DNA from: Podarcis erhardii
Taxonomy: Eukaryota
Assembly (NCBI GenBank): GCA_964252035.1
Contig: OZ176204.1
DNA length: 64,000 bases
Strand: one strand, 5' to 3'
Positions 49,452-61,760 of the stretch are shown here, piece after piece (position 1 is the stretch's first letter; every line of letters begins with the position of its first letter). The position numbers were made by a program, and so were the translations under genes. The notes below the pieces were generated by a model. That model saw only the letters and a program-made list of their open reading frames with translations. It did not search any database and was not told the DNA's origin.

Positions 49452-50608
49452 CTGGTTCTATTCTTTTCTTATTGCCAGTGTTATTTACATGAAACCACTG
49501 GGTGCGATCATTAGTTGATTTGGGGTGAGGTGCTATCTGTATGCTGATGACGCTCATTGCTACTTCTCCATAACATCTGAATCAGAAGAGGCTGTGCAGT
49601 CCCTGGGCCACTGCCTGGGCACAGTGGTGAGATGGATAAGGGAGAACAAGCTGAGTCTGAATCCTGGCAAGGCAGAGGCACTTTGGGTAAGTGTCTCCCG
49701 TGTCTGAGAAACTGGCCAATTGCCTACCCTGAATGGGGATGCACTCCCCCTGAAGGATCAGGTTGGCAGTTTGGGGTTGCTTCTGGACCCAGCTCTGTCA
49801 CCGAAGGCTCAGGTAGCCTCAATGGCTGGATGTGCTTTTTACCAACTGTGACCGGTTTGACACCTACAGCCGTTGCTAGACTGGGAGAGCTTGGCCACAG
49901 TAGTTCATGCACTGGTTACTTCAAGATTGGATTACTGCAATGTGCTCTATGTGGGGTTTCCCTGAAGCTGCAGTTAGTGCAGAATGCTGCAGCGAGTTGC
50001 TCACAGGAGTGAGGCCTTCTCAGCATATAATGCCTATGCTCAGAGGTCTGCACTGGTTTCTGATCTGCGACCATTAGTATATAATGCTCCTAACAACCTG
50101 GGACCACTTTACCTGTGAGATTGCCTTACCCTATACGTGTCTACTCAACAGCTTCAGTTGGTGCCACTTAATACCCGTCCTGCATCTGTAAGAACTTGAT
50201 CATTTATTGTGGCAGTTCCAACACTTTGGAACTCCCTGCCTATTGATATTGAGTGCCTTCACTGTATTCCTGTTGGCACCTGCTGAAGACCTTCTTATTT
50301 AGTCAAGCCTACCCAGATGAGTTTGACCAAACTGCGGGAGGCAGTGGAAGACAGGAGTGCCTGGCATGCTCTGGTCCACAGGGTCACGAAGAGTCGGACA
50401 CGACTAAACGACTAAACAACAATCCAGATGTTTAGAAAGTTTGTGTGAGTTTTCATTTGAGTTTTCATAGTCTATTCTAGTGTGGTTTTAACTTTCTGTA
50501 TGTTTTAAATTATGGTTGTGTTTTTTTTAGTGATAATTTTATTATTTTCTCTTTTTTGTAAACCAGTTTCTACAATCAAGTGGTCTACACATTTTACAAA
50601 ATAAATAA
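49452..50608 (+). mobile_element. Degenerate L2 LINE, 3' part of RT to tail
   Basis: YMKPLG...YADD (49540-49551) RT motif, KLQLVQNAAA motif, L2 3' UTR ending aaataaataa; contains stops and frameshifts. Confidence 0.85.
50320..50423 (+). mobile_element. 5'-truncated BovB (RTE) 3' end nested in L2
   Basis: agtttgaccaaactgcgggaggcagtggaagacagg...gtcacgaagagtcggacacgactaaacgactaaacaacaa with 7-bp TSD CCAGATG (50313-50319, 50424-50430). Confidence 0.85.
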
Positions 50609-52551
50609 GTCCTCTTCTTCTGACTCAGCACAGGACTCGGGCTGACATCCATGGCAGATTTTATCTAGCTCCTTAAATTCCTCAGTCTTACAAGCTATTG
50701 ATAGTCATGTGCTTCTTGTTTTAAAGCAATGATACAGTTCCCAAGTCTTGCTTATGGATGTATGCAAACATTTGAAACAAGCCCAATAGTAAAAAGGCAA
50801 TCTGCTTTTCTTGTGAGGTTCCTTGCCTGTATGCATAAGATTTATTAGATTCTGCAAAACAGCTATGTCATAGTATTTGCAAGCCTATTATGTAATCGTA
50901 AAACTTGCACATTCTTCCAGTTCTCAGCTATTCATAATTTCTCACCTTTCAGCTTGTGAATTATAAATGCTTTATTGTTGGAAAAACTCCACTTTGTTCC
51001 ATGTGTCATTTAATTCCATGGCACAACCGGCACAGTTAGTATTACACCCCACCTCCATATGGGTTCAGTGGGATATTCTGGCCTAACATTACCATTTCTG
51101 ATGAAATTTAAACCCTGGCACAGACTGTGCAGTTATGCATATCAAAGTGTCTCTGCTTCTATCTCCATCCGACTCCATTCCAATTCACCTGCATAAAGAA
51201 GCACATTGAGGTCCTCTGTTAAGAGGCTGCATGTATTCCTGGATATGAAGCATACTCCTCTTTCTGTAGAAGCTCCATATTTCCTGTGGATATGATAATG
51301 TAACTCTGCTGAACAGGAGTACTGAACACAGCTGATAGCTACAATGCTATTATGTTCACTGCTCATTGTGTGATTATAGCTAGCATGTCTGCCCTCCATA
51401 CTAGAGGCTTTCCACAGTGTGTAGGTCCAAATGGAAAATCTTTGTATGTGGTAAAGGGAAGTTTGCAAAAACTTATGGAAACTCTTTCTTTTATGGAAAC
51501 TCATTTTTCAATGTAGCCCTTTTCACTTATGGGTGTTGAAGATTTCTTCCCAGTGGAAATCTGTTCGGCTTCCTCCTAAAAATGTCTAGGGTAGAAGTGG
51601 GAGATTTGTGAGCTGGTGTAGTAAATGGTACCTTTTCAGACACCTGGAAGTGAACTGCATGTGAGAATGCCACCCCAGACTTTTGAAAACGACAACACCT
51701 CCCTGTGAACACCCCCCCAAAAAGCTCAACAACTTTTGGCCATTTCCCCCACCCCCATTTTTTTTTGTTGCAGTCCAAAAAAATAGGGGTCGTCTTATAC
51801 ATGGGGGCATGTTATACACTGAAAAATACGGTACATACTACTTTTAGAGAAGCCTTTGTCTATCTTTCTGGTGTCCTAGCACTGTAGCTACTTGGTGAGG
51901 AAAGGATAGGTGAGAAATTTGAGGTTTCTTTCTATCTGAAAAAACAGATTTATAGCATTGGAAGGGACTCAGAGTCCCTGTAATCCAACCATAAGCTGCA
52001 AGGTAGAAAAATCCATATCACCATCACGAGTCCCTCTGATCCAGATCATCAAAACACTGCAAGCAACATTTATTGAAAAGTTCTGTATTTTTTGCATGCA
52101 GAACTTTAAATTATTTTGGCACAGATATATGAACATGAATTGAGAGTACTGATAACAAAGGAAATGAACTGAACAGAACACATCCTTGTCTTGCACTTTC
52201 TCTTTTAGCAAGAGTGTTCACCTACTAAACTTGTGACTTTCTTTTTAACCAGTAAAAGGAGGCATTTGCTGACTACTCCACAGCTTGCCTTGTTCTTCAA
52301 CACATTGCTGTAACACATTTTAATTAATACAGCATATGTCTCTGAACAACTGCTGTCGAGAAACACTCTTGCGTGTGATTTATTCTAGTGATTGTGTGCC
52401 TGAGATGATGTGCTTGCGTGCCTATGTGTTGATTATGTTAGCTGACATCATGCTGATATTGGGGTATTGGCACGCTCTGCAAATATCACATGAGGATGGT
52501 TCTGGATTATTGCCACATTCCGTAAGGAAATTTTCTGTCTCTTATATACAG

Positions 52552-52622
52552 AATCAACATTTAGCCTTGGAGAGGTCAGATTTCATTAGTGGATGTACAC
52601 ATTTGGTGTTTGAATGTTGCAG
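52552..52622 (+). other. Candidate 71-nt non-coding exon
   Basis: Acceptor ttttctgtctcttatatacag and donor CAG|GTATCG. Splice signals only. Confidence 0.25.
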
Positions 52623-53918
52623 GTATCGCGTTTGATAGTGCCTCCAATGTGCTTGCATGGAAAGAAAGCAGAATTGTGTTGGCCATATTGATAATGTGGA
52701 TAGTATAGATGGTTTTCCTCCACTGCAAAAGTCTTATGGGGTTAAAATGTGTTTGTTGATTTGAGAAATAATGTAGTATTCTGAAACAGCATGTTAAAAT
52801 CTTGCTTGCTATTTTTTGTGCATAATTAAATGTTTAAAAACAAAAGTAAAATATTTAAAATTCCAAAATCTTTTGAATGCTTTTTTTTTTTAATTGTTGG
52901 AAGACAAAGAAGAAGTAAACACGGGGAATAACTATTCCAGTTCTCAGGCATGCTTCAACCTTTTGGTCTTCAGTGGCATATAAATATCAATTACCTGATT
53001 AGTTGTTCCAGGATTGTCTAAATTGGAAGTCATGTTCTTGAAACAAAAGTATCACATCCTCATTCTTCTGGGTATGGATCTTAATTGCAATCCTCCCTCA
53101 GGTAAACATACCGTGGGTTGGGATGCATATGGTTTCTTGCCATAGTTCTAATCAGGTGTTCAGAACCCGCAGGAACTCATGAAGCTAGCAACATCCCATT
53201 TATGATGATTCATGATCTGCTCAGTCTTAATGTGGCGGCAGGAGGCACCCTCTATGCAGGTAGGGTTTCCAGCATGGGTCTGGGAACATTAATTTAGCAA
53301 ATCTTTGCTGTTTCCTACTTAAGCCCGGTTAGTCAGTACCTGCGGTGATCAGGCTATAGCTTATTGCAGAAGTGACTACTGTAGATCCAGTATATTGTAC
53401 TGTACATGCTGAGATTGGAGCTAATTTTTAATTTATATTTTTGAACTATTTGAACTTCTTTCTGAGAGGAAGAAGCTGTGTTATTGTATATATGTGAAGG
53501 GCAAGTGGAAATGTATTTGTTATATTTATATCTTGCCTTTCCTCTGAACTCAGAACTATTATTTGCACCCAAAGCAACCTTGTTACATGTCCAAAGCCCA
53601 ACTAGTGAGGTTGACAGCTAGTGGAAATTTGATATTGGGAGCCCTGCATTCAAACCTAACACTCTCTAGCCATTGTACAACACAGCTTTAGAATTCTTTT
53701 GCAGCCTAAGCTGAATTACGCCATGGAACGATCGCCAGTCTCCACACCTACTATGACATACCGTAATAGTTCAGATGGAGAATCCAAAACTTGCCATAAG
53801 CTCTCTCTGAGTGCAGTCCTCTCCTCCAAGGTTAAGTGTGTAGAGGATTGAAGCCTGTCTCAAAGGATAATATCAACCTACCTTACAAAGTGATTGTAAA
53901 GCTTATTGAGATAATGTA

Positions 53919-54407
53919 CCGTATTTTTCGCCCTATAGGATGCACTTTTTCCCCTCCCAAAATGAAGGGGAAATGTGTGTGCATCTTATGGGGCGAATGC
54001 AGGCTTTCGCTGAAGCCTGGAGAGCGAGAGGCGTCATTGCGCACCGACCCCTCTCGCTCTCCAGGCTTCAGGAAGCTATCCGCTAGCCGTGGGAGATGCA
54101 GCTCTCCCACGGCTAGCGGAGAGCTTGCCTGCACCCAGAAGCTTGGGGCGCGCTGAACTCAGCACGCCCCAAGCTTTGGGCTTCGCGCAGCGCTCCGCTA
54201 GCTGTGAGAGAGCCCCGCGAAGTTGCGTGGCTCTCCCATGGCTAGCGGATAGCAGCCTGTTGTGGGGGCTGGGGTCGGGGGAAGCTCGGGCTTCCCCCGT
54301 CCCAGCCCCGCGCCTGGGGTGGAAATAATTTTTTCCCCTTTATTTCCCCCCCAAAAAAACTAGGTGCATCCTATGGGCCAGTGCGTCCTATAGGGCAAAA
54401 AATATGG
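53919..54407. mobile_element. TA-flanked MITE with CCGTA-type TIR and multi-hairpin interior, inserted in a MIR-like SINE
   Basis: TA|CCGTATTTTTCGCCCTATAGGA...TCCTATAGGGCAAAAAATATGG|TA. Confidence 0.85.
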
Positions 54408-55856
54408 TATGCCAAGAGCTTTGCTATATCAGTTCTAATTATGTACTAAAAATGCCAATTATTAAAAGAGGATTAGTAACTAGTATAGAATATTGAGCTA
54501 CATGGTAATTTTTAACAGGGGTTTGCCGATCAAGCCATGCCCTGAAATTGATCTTCAATGAAATAAACAATGGTTACTTATGTGAGTTTGAATTAAACCA
54601 CTGATGTTGCAAGGCATAAAAATGCAAAATATCCTCATTTAAGCACTTTGCTTGTTGTGTTTAGGAGTTTTAGTGCCTTGCATAAAATGTAGGAAGATGG
54701 AGAATAAATCACAAATAGCATCTTGTTCTCTCCACGAAACATTTCGGCCCAAATGTTTAATACATGGTATTTAATGATGCAGAAGGAATTGCTAACCTAA
54801 GTAGCAATGCTGCGCCTGCTGTAGCAGAGCAATGTCCAGAGTGTGAACGCATCCCTGGAGAATCCAGTTGTGTGAATGTTTAGCCAGTTGTTAGTAGCCC
54901 TGGGATTTAATGAGAGCAACTTTCGAAGCTTGGGAAGGGAAAACAGTCTTTGCCTTTTAAAGGGTCTTGTCACGACTCTGACGTGAATGACTATGCAGAG
55001 GCCCAAGACAATTTCCCATATGCGACACATTAGCTGGCAATTGGCGGTTGATTGCCTGAAATGAAGCAGAAGGGAAATCTGAAATATAGACTTAAAAAAA
55101 AGAGTACAACAGAGTTCTCTGGCGAATATTAAAGGTGCAGGATTGGGAATGGTAGTGCTAAAAAGGAGTGGAAGGATGAAGAGGCGATATAGAGTTTAGT
55201 GGGAGGCTTCGGGCACAAGTCAACATGCAGTAATGGTGGGCAGTAGAAACCAAACTTGAGAGATGGTGGGTCACCAAGCAAAAGCAACCAGCCTTATTTT
55301 GTGTATTTCAAGTTCTGGGAATGCTTAAAAGCCAAAACCAGAGAACCTAGACTGTTGTGGTTAAGCAGATTCTGATACAACTACACGCTTGGTTTGTCTT
55401 TATCGTTTTGGATAGTTGAAGTTTTTTTTTTAATGTAACAACAATAGCATCTAAAGGAAAAAGCATACACAATATATATACTAGCTTGGTAAATGGCAGA
55501 TCCATATGCTCAGCATAGCACCAGAGACTGTGGAAGCAGGAGGAGCAATGTGATTTTGAGGGCTTTGCAGACCTTTTTGCCACACTTTCCATTTACAAGT
55601 GAGCAACACATGAAGAAGGCTTGAGTTAGTGGTAAATCTTGGGGATAAATTTTATGAGCTATGAATTCTTTTACACTATTAAGAAGTAATTGATTATTAC
55701 AATTATTGTTTTTTAAAAGCTTTTATTTTGCATTTCAGAAATCCCTCTGTGGTCTCCAGTGACACTCAGCAGGAAGGTTCTCCAACTATCTCAAGGTTTT
55801 CTTGTAGAAAAGGGCTGTGTTGCCCAGTGGGCAGCAGCCTTTGTCAACCAGGAAGA

Positions 55857-55977
55857 ATGAGAAGGAATGTACACCTTTATCAGATGGCTCTCTTTGTGGT
55901 TGCTACAATGGGATATCCCTCCAGACGCTCTGCTGTAGATTTGGATGCCACACCCCGAATGACAATTGTCTATAACG
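55857..55977 (+). CDS. SEMA4G: Semaphorin-4G, first coding exon (partial CDS; exon 55739-55977)
   Basis: Translates MRRNVHLYQMALFVVATMGYPSRRSAVDLDATPRMTIVYN+G. The hydrophobic signal-like segment is followed by LDATPRMTI, matching my recollection of human SEMA4G (RELDATPRMTIPYE). Acceptor ttttattttgcatttcag ends at 55738; phase-1 donor G|GTAAAG at 55978, at the position expected for the first sema4 coding intron. No later coding exon recognised before 64000. Confidence 0.9.
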
Positions 55978-57764
55978 GTAAAGAAGCTCTCCAGGTTTGC
56001 CTTATTTATCATGAACCACTTAGCTGGGCAAGTTTGCAATGTTTATGAAGAAGAAAGATCTATGTGCCTAGATGGTGATGCTTCTTAGCTGCATACATCT
56101 TGGTATGCAAATCCCATTCTCTCTCCCTTTGTTATCTCAATGTTTGAATTTTGAGCACTTATTTACATGATTTCAGCTTTCCACAGTTACTAATGTATGT
56201 ATTGACAACCTCCTCTGGTGTATATTTGCACAAGAAGGCAATTACACCGACTGTTTTGGGTAACCTATACTTGCTATGAATGGTAAAGCCCACATAGTTT
56301 TACCTATTCAAAATGTTTTTCTTTGAAATTGTTTTCATGGCCAGTTATACTGAAAGTGGAGGCGGGGGCCCCTTGTTAATCCAGAGCCTCTTGATCTAGT
56401 AAACAAATCTTAGCGTGAAGCAAGTTAGCAGAGACTTTCTCCGTAAACAGGCCTTCAAATATTGCTGTGAAAGATCCCTCTACTGCACTGATGCAGCCTG
56501 TAATGTGCAGGAAAAATTGCTTAAAGTTAGGGGTGGATGCCCGTGACATACAAAAGAATCTGTGGCAAAGATTTTGCAGTCTGCTGTCTCGTATCCTTAT
56601 GTAGTCTCCTCTTATATGGGAATGGGATGAAAGTTGGCCATTTAGGAGTTGACAGGGCCAGTGCTTATCTAGTCCATAACCAAACACAATTGGGAAAAGG
56701 CAGAGAAAACCTGTTGTGGGCATATAAAGGGAATTTATTGATCGGTTCTTGATTCTTTGACAGCTTTCTGAATGTTGCAGACTGGGAATTGCTGGTGGAG
56801 GTTCTTGGAGATATTTGCCTTACGTATGATTTAATACTCAAGTGATGAGGGCTTTGTAGTTTTGCACGTTTTCTGTCAGTTGTGCTGTCACAAAATGAAG
56901 ATTGTAGGAAGCTAAGCTATTGGCTTTAAAGACTTGCAGAAGATGATGTAACCCTTTACAAGAGAGATGGAGAGGAGGAAGGAATGCTCTGTTATATAAA
57001 CTTCTTTCAAGTTCATTTGAAAAAGTTGTTTGTTGTAATAATCAGGGCATAACCTCTCCCTTTTTTATTTTCCATTTGATGATTTTTATTTTTATTTTTA
57101 AAAAAGCTGCTTCCAAATATTGCAATAATACAGCTCTCTCTCTCTTACTTTTTGTATCAGATTTGAGATGTCTCATCTCACATTCAGGTGACAAAATTGT
57201 GATTTGCTGCTAGAGTTGCCTGCAGTGTTAGAATCAGAAGTTGGCATCATTGGGCACCTGCCAAAACCCGCATCGCAGCATGAGGTCCACTACTGTCCTA
57301 TGGTCTTGCTCCATTTCCTCTTTGATACCGTACTGATTGACCTGTCCTCTATGTATGAAGAATGACAGGATCAAGGGGAAGGAGCAGTAGGTTGCATTTG
57401 CCTTTCCATCTCCTGGGTAGTGGTGCAAATTGATCCCCAGGGAAGAGGACACTTGTAGTGCTGAAGAGAAAGGTCCACTCAGGGAGGAGTCTTACTGAAG
57501 GCCTCTTTCCCAAGGACCCTGCAAAACCTGGAACTGGCACTGGATGCCTCTCTCTCCAGACCTCCATGGTTTTACAACTGTTCAGTCCTTCAATGCAAAT
57601 TTAGAGGAGATTGGAAATGACTTTGTGTTGTGCTTTAGTCTGTTACTTTATGATTGGCTAGAAGGCTGAAGATGAAAGGCAAATATAGGTAGATGTACAT
57701 GCCATGGGTGGTTAACATCAGGTGGAATTAAAACCATGACAAGACTGCTGATACTGTGTAGAAC

Positions 57765-57900
57765 AAGGGATGCCAAAGTGGTGCCCTCTTGATTTTGTTG
57801 GATTACAACTCCATCAAATTTCAGCCAGCACAGACTGTGGTTAGGGATGATGGGAGCTGTAGTCCAACAACATCTGCAGGGAACCATCTTGGCTACCTGA
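57765..57900. repeat. Palindromic short squamate MITE family (gttggactacaactccc...gggagttgtagtccaac)
   Basis: Further diverged copies at about 7510-7640, 17737-17820, 22590-22700, 32350-32450, 39060-39185 and 62560-62670. Confidence 0.65.
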
Positions 57901-60900
57901 TGTAGAAAGAGCACAGCTTGGTGTCATAATGATGACAGTGGCATACAGGCAATTTTCGCTTTGTGGTATGCTTGGAACAACAAAGGAAATAATCACTTTT
58001 GAGAGGCTTCCGCCGGGCTCCTGCCCTTTCGTCCCACCTTTCTTTCCTTGCCTTCCTATTATGGAAGAGGGAGAGAGGGAAAACCTGTTTTGAAAGCCGT
58101 GTGGGAGCTGCCACTGATTATTATATGCCAGATTGGTGCTGTCAGCACTGCTGTCTTTCGCCTCAACATGCATGTCTGGTTACATCAGCATCTTGGAGCA
58201 ATCTCCTCTGCTCCAGTTTCCCGGGGACCCTGAGGCACTACGAACACATGATCACAAGCGTTTCTGAGAGTGCAGGAGAAGGGGGTCAAGAATTTCCTTC
58301 TGTTTGCCTTTGTTACCTTGTGCTCAAATCCCCTGTCTTGGGTAGCTTATCAGTTCTACAGTGGTATTCATCAATCCCACCACCAGAGTTGCTTAGTAAA
58401 GCTAAGGCTTTGTATAATCTGTGCTCCCTCCTTAATGGGAAGGGGTGTGTGAATCAGATTTAAGGGAAGCACAAATTCATGTGCTTGGAATAAAAACGTT
58501 ATGTAATTTATTACGATTTCTGTGAACTCTCACAGAAGCCTGATCAGGAAGATCTGCCTATAGGTGCTGAATAAGAATAAGAGACTTACCGTAGTTTATG
58601 GACTGCATATTTTTGGATCATTTGTCTACGGTTCTTGTAGTCCTCATTATCTTTAGCGTTCTTCCCCTCCTTTAGCACCTCCAAGATGGTACTGGCATGC
58701 AGTGTCCTAGAGCTTAAATGATGCCAAGATATTGGAAACATTTTCATGCTGTTGCCAGAGATGGGCAGCCGGGTTGTGTTGGGATGGTAATGTTTGGGCT
58801 TTGAAATTCTTGGCAAGGGCTTAAAATAGTGGAGGAACTGAAGATCATATCTAAGGTCCCTTGAGAAGGGTAAGGAAAAGCGAAAGAACAGAGTTCCACC
58901 TATTCCATGACCACTCAGGTGTCTACTTTTTTAGTGTTCAGCAGACTATTTCCTCTGCACTTATATGCGTCTCTGCGCATCTGTGCTGGTTTGTAGAAAC
59001 AGTGAATGCAAAATGTTATTCTTAAGATTTCAGATTCTAAATGTGTGTGTGTGTGAGAGAGAGAGAGCGCGCACTATAATATGTAGCTTGATTTGAACTA
59101 TTAAATTTGTCAGCTCAGAGAGTGCTGGTTTGCAGAAATTGCTGCTTTTCAGTTGTTGGCTGGCTACCCATAAAACATTTTTTAAAGGTTTTGACGTAAG
59201 ATCCATGGGTAAATTATAACAATTCAGTTAGCTATTAGTCTGGGAAGACATAGTTAAACATATGACAGGGTCCAAACGGTTGGAAGTTCAAACTAGAAGA
59301 GATCTGAATATTTAAAAACATGGATTTAGTGCAGTGAACCATCAGGCAATCCTGCTAGTGAGTTCCCGATTTTCTAATGGCTTTTAGTTAGAATTGGATG
59401 CCTCTCTAAGGAGCTGCTCTGGATGATTAACAGCCTCTTCCCCCCAAAACAGCATGTTATTAATCTAGGATTGCTACACTTAAGATTTTTTAAAAATTGT
59501 TGCCCTATCCCTCCTCTGAGCTGTTAGGGCTCCTTTGACCCTTATCAGAGGATGTGGCACTTAAGGAAACAATGAGTCCTTTTTCCTGTTAAATTTTCTA
59601 ATAAAATAATGGGGGGGGATTTAAAAAGATATTTGAAGCATTCCCAATGAAACGCTTCCCAATGATACAGTTGGTGATACAGGAAATGTAACATTAAGCA
59701 TCCATTTCTCATGGTTTCCTTCCTTCCACCCTCCACTTTCAGCCCACTGGTGTGGTAAGTTCTGTGCCTTACATATTAAACAATTTACAGTTATCATTCT
59801 TCATCAGAGATGAGCAATTGACTCTTAAAGTTGTAATGGTGTCTCTAACACGTTCCTGGCTATTGGCTATTCTTTGTCATTATTGTAACTACATGCGGCA
59901 ATGGTAGTCACAATGTTGGTCAACCATCAAGTGGCTGTTTAGGATAGTTATTGTACTCCAGGAGATGACAGGGATCCATCCATCCTAGTACTGCTCGGAA
60001 ACTTGTGCTTCTGCTGCTTAGGAACAAGAGGAGAAGCAAATGAAGGCTTGAAGCTCTGTGGAAGGAAGGAAGCACCAGGCCACAAATAATCTATGGAAAC
60101 AGAATCCAATGAACACTGGGTTCTGTATTGTTAGGAGTTGCTGACCACTGCTCCAGATGGTGAGCTGCATGAGTGCAGTTTTTCAAGGGCTTCCTGTCTC
60201 AGTGGCACTTAGCTTAAATAACAAGACAACCCGAGTTCTGTTGTGCTTATGTGTTTCCTTTGATCTTGACTCTTGGCTTGTTCTCTGGCTCTTTATTATT
60301 AGGCTTGAGCTGCTAGTTTCTCGCCTAGCCCTGACAAGATTTGCAGAATGGTACAGAAGATTTGATGAGTATCAACTAGGGGTATTAGTGGTGGGGCTGA
60401 TTTGCTCAGCTCATAGAGGAGGTGGGAACTCTGTTGCGGCTCCGGATTGAACCACCAGCTCTAGGAGTTCAGTGGCCAGCATGGGGGTGGAGTAGTGTGA
60501 CTATGTTAATATTTTGCTTAGGGGTGCCCTCAATAATGGTCAAGGTATTAGAATGGGCCTTCTTACCACACTGCTACCTGCTGTGATAGATTGGGACAAC
60601 TAAAATATGAACTGTGTTCTACTATCCGTAGTGTCCAGATTGCATTTGGAATTTCTGTGGAATGAAGTGCTGTCTAAAGGAAATACTTATCAATGGAACA
60701 GCAAGGCATTCCGTGCCAGTACTTGGATAAATGCAGCTCTGAAAGCCTGTTAACATATTTCATGTGGGAGGGTGTTAGCTGATTAATGGCTTTTAAGTTC
60801 ATTGTTTTTATTTAATTCAGTCTGTTAGACAAATTAAATAAATAGCTTAGCATATTAAAGCAGACTACTCTCCCAAGCAGCCTTGCTTCACTGTATTTCC

Positions 60901-61728
60901 TCTGTTTGTGTCAGAGGAGCAAGACCTACTGAACGAGGTGCTCAGTATATGCCATTGATTCACTTCTACCCATTGTCTGACTCATGAGACTGTAGATTAT
61001 TGATAGTAAGGTTACTGTTGATTAACATCTTTGACTAGAAGTTGCTACAATTGAAATATGATTAAAAAAATTAAGCTACAAATAATTCATTGCACCTCAA
61101 TTATGGCCTATGACAAAGGTCTCATTTAAGATCTTATTCTCCATTCCCCCCAAAGAAGTCACATCTCCCTTTGAATATACAAAGTAAAGAATGGGTTCTG
61201 TCTGGCAGGCAGCTAGTTAATGCTGCAATAGCCCATCTCCAAACTGCCAAAAGTAGTGTGGCTGACTTTTGATTGGTTAGCCGCAGCCATCAGTCAGTCA
61301 ATGTCCACCTAGGCCAGAACCGTTTAAAAAGATGGCTAATGCCAAACAGTTCTTAGTCCCTCAACCTTACCATCTATGCTGCTATGTTAGATGAGAGGCC
61401 TGTTTGGAAGTAGCTACAATAGGACAGACTTTCCTTTCCTTTTAAAGTACTGTTCTGTTTTTACCTTTGCCTTTCTCTGTTTTTTAATTCTTCATAAAGT
61501 TCATAAGATTTGGCTGTTGGGAGTCTTGGGAGCCAAAATGTGAAGGTTCTCTTGCATGACTGGCCTACCTTGATGGGCAATTGGAATGAAGTACCCTCTT
61601 CCACCAAAGTGTCCACCTTATCCCAATAATTCAAATGGGAAATGGTCATTTTGCTGTAAACTGCACCAGAGCTTTCTGGGAACAGCAGAACGTACCTACA
61701 CATTTCACACAAATGTGTATATCTAAGT

Positions 61729-61730
<2 letters not shown>

Positions 61731-61757
<27 letters not shown>
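61731..61757. repeat. (TG)n microsatellite
   Basis: Direct read. Others: (GCT)n at about 62318-62343 and (TG)n(AG)n at about 59043-59066. Confidence 0.95.
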
Positions 61758-61760
<3 letters not shown>

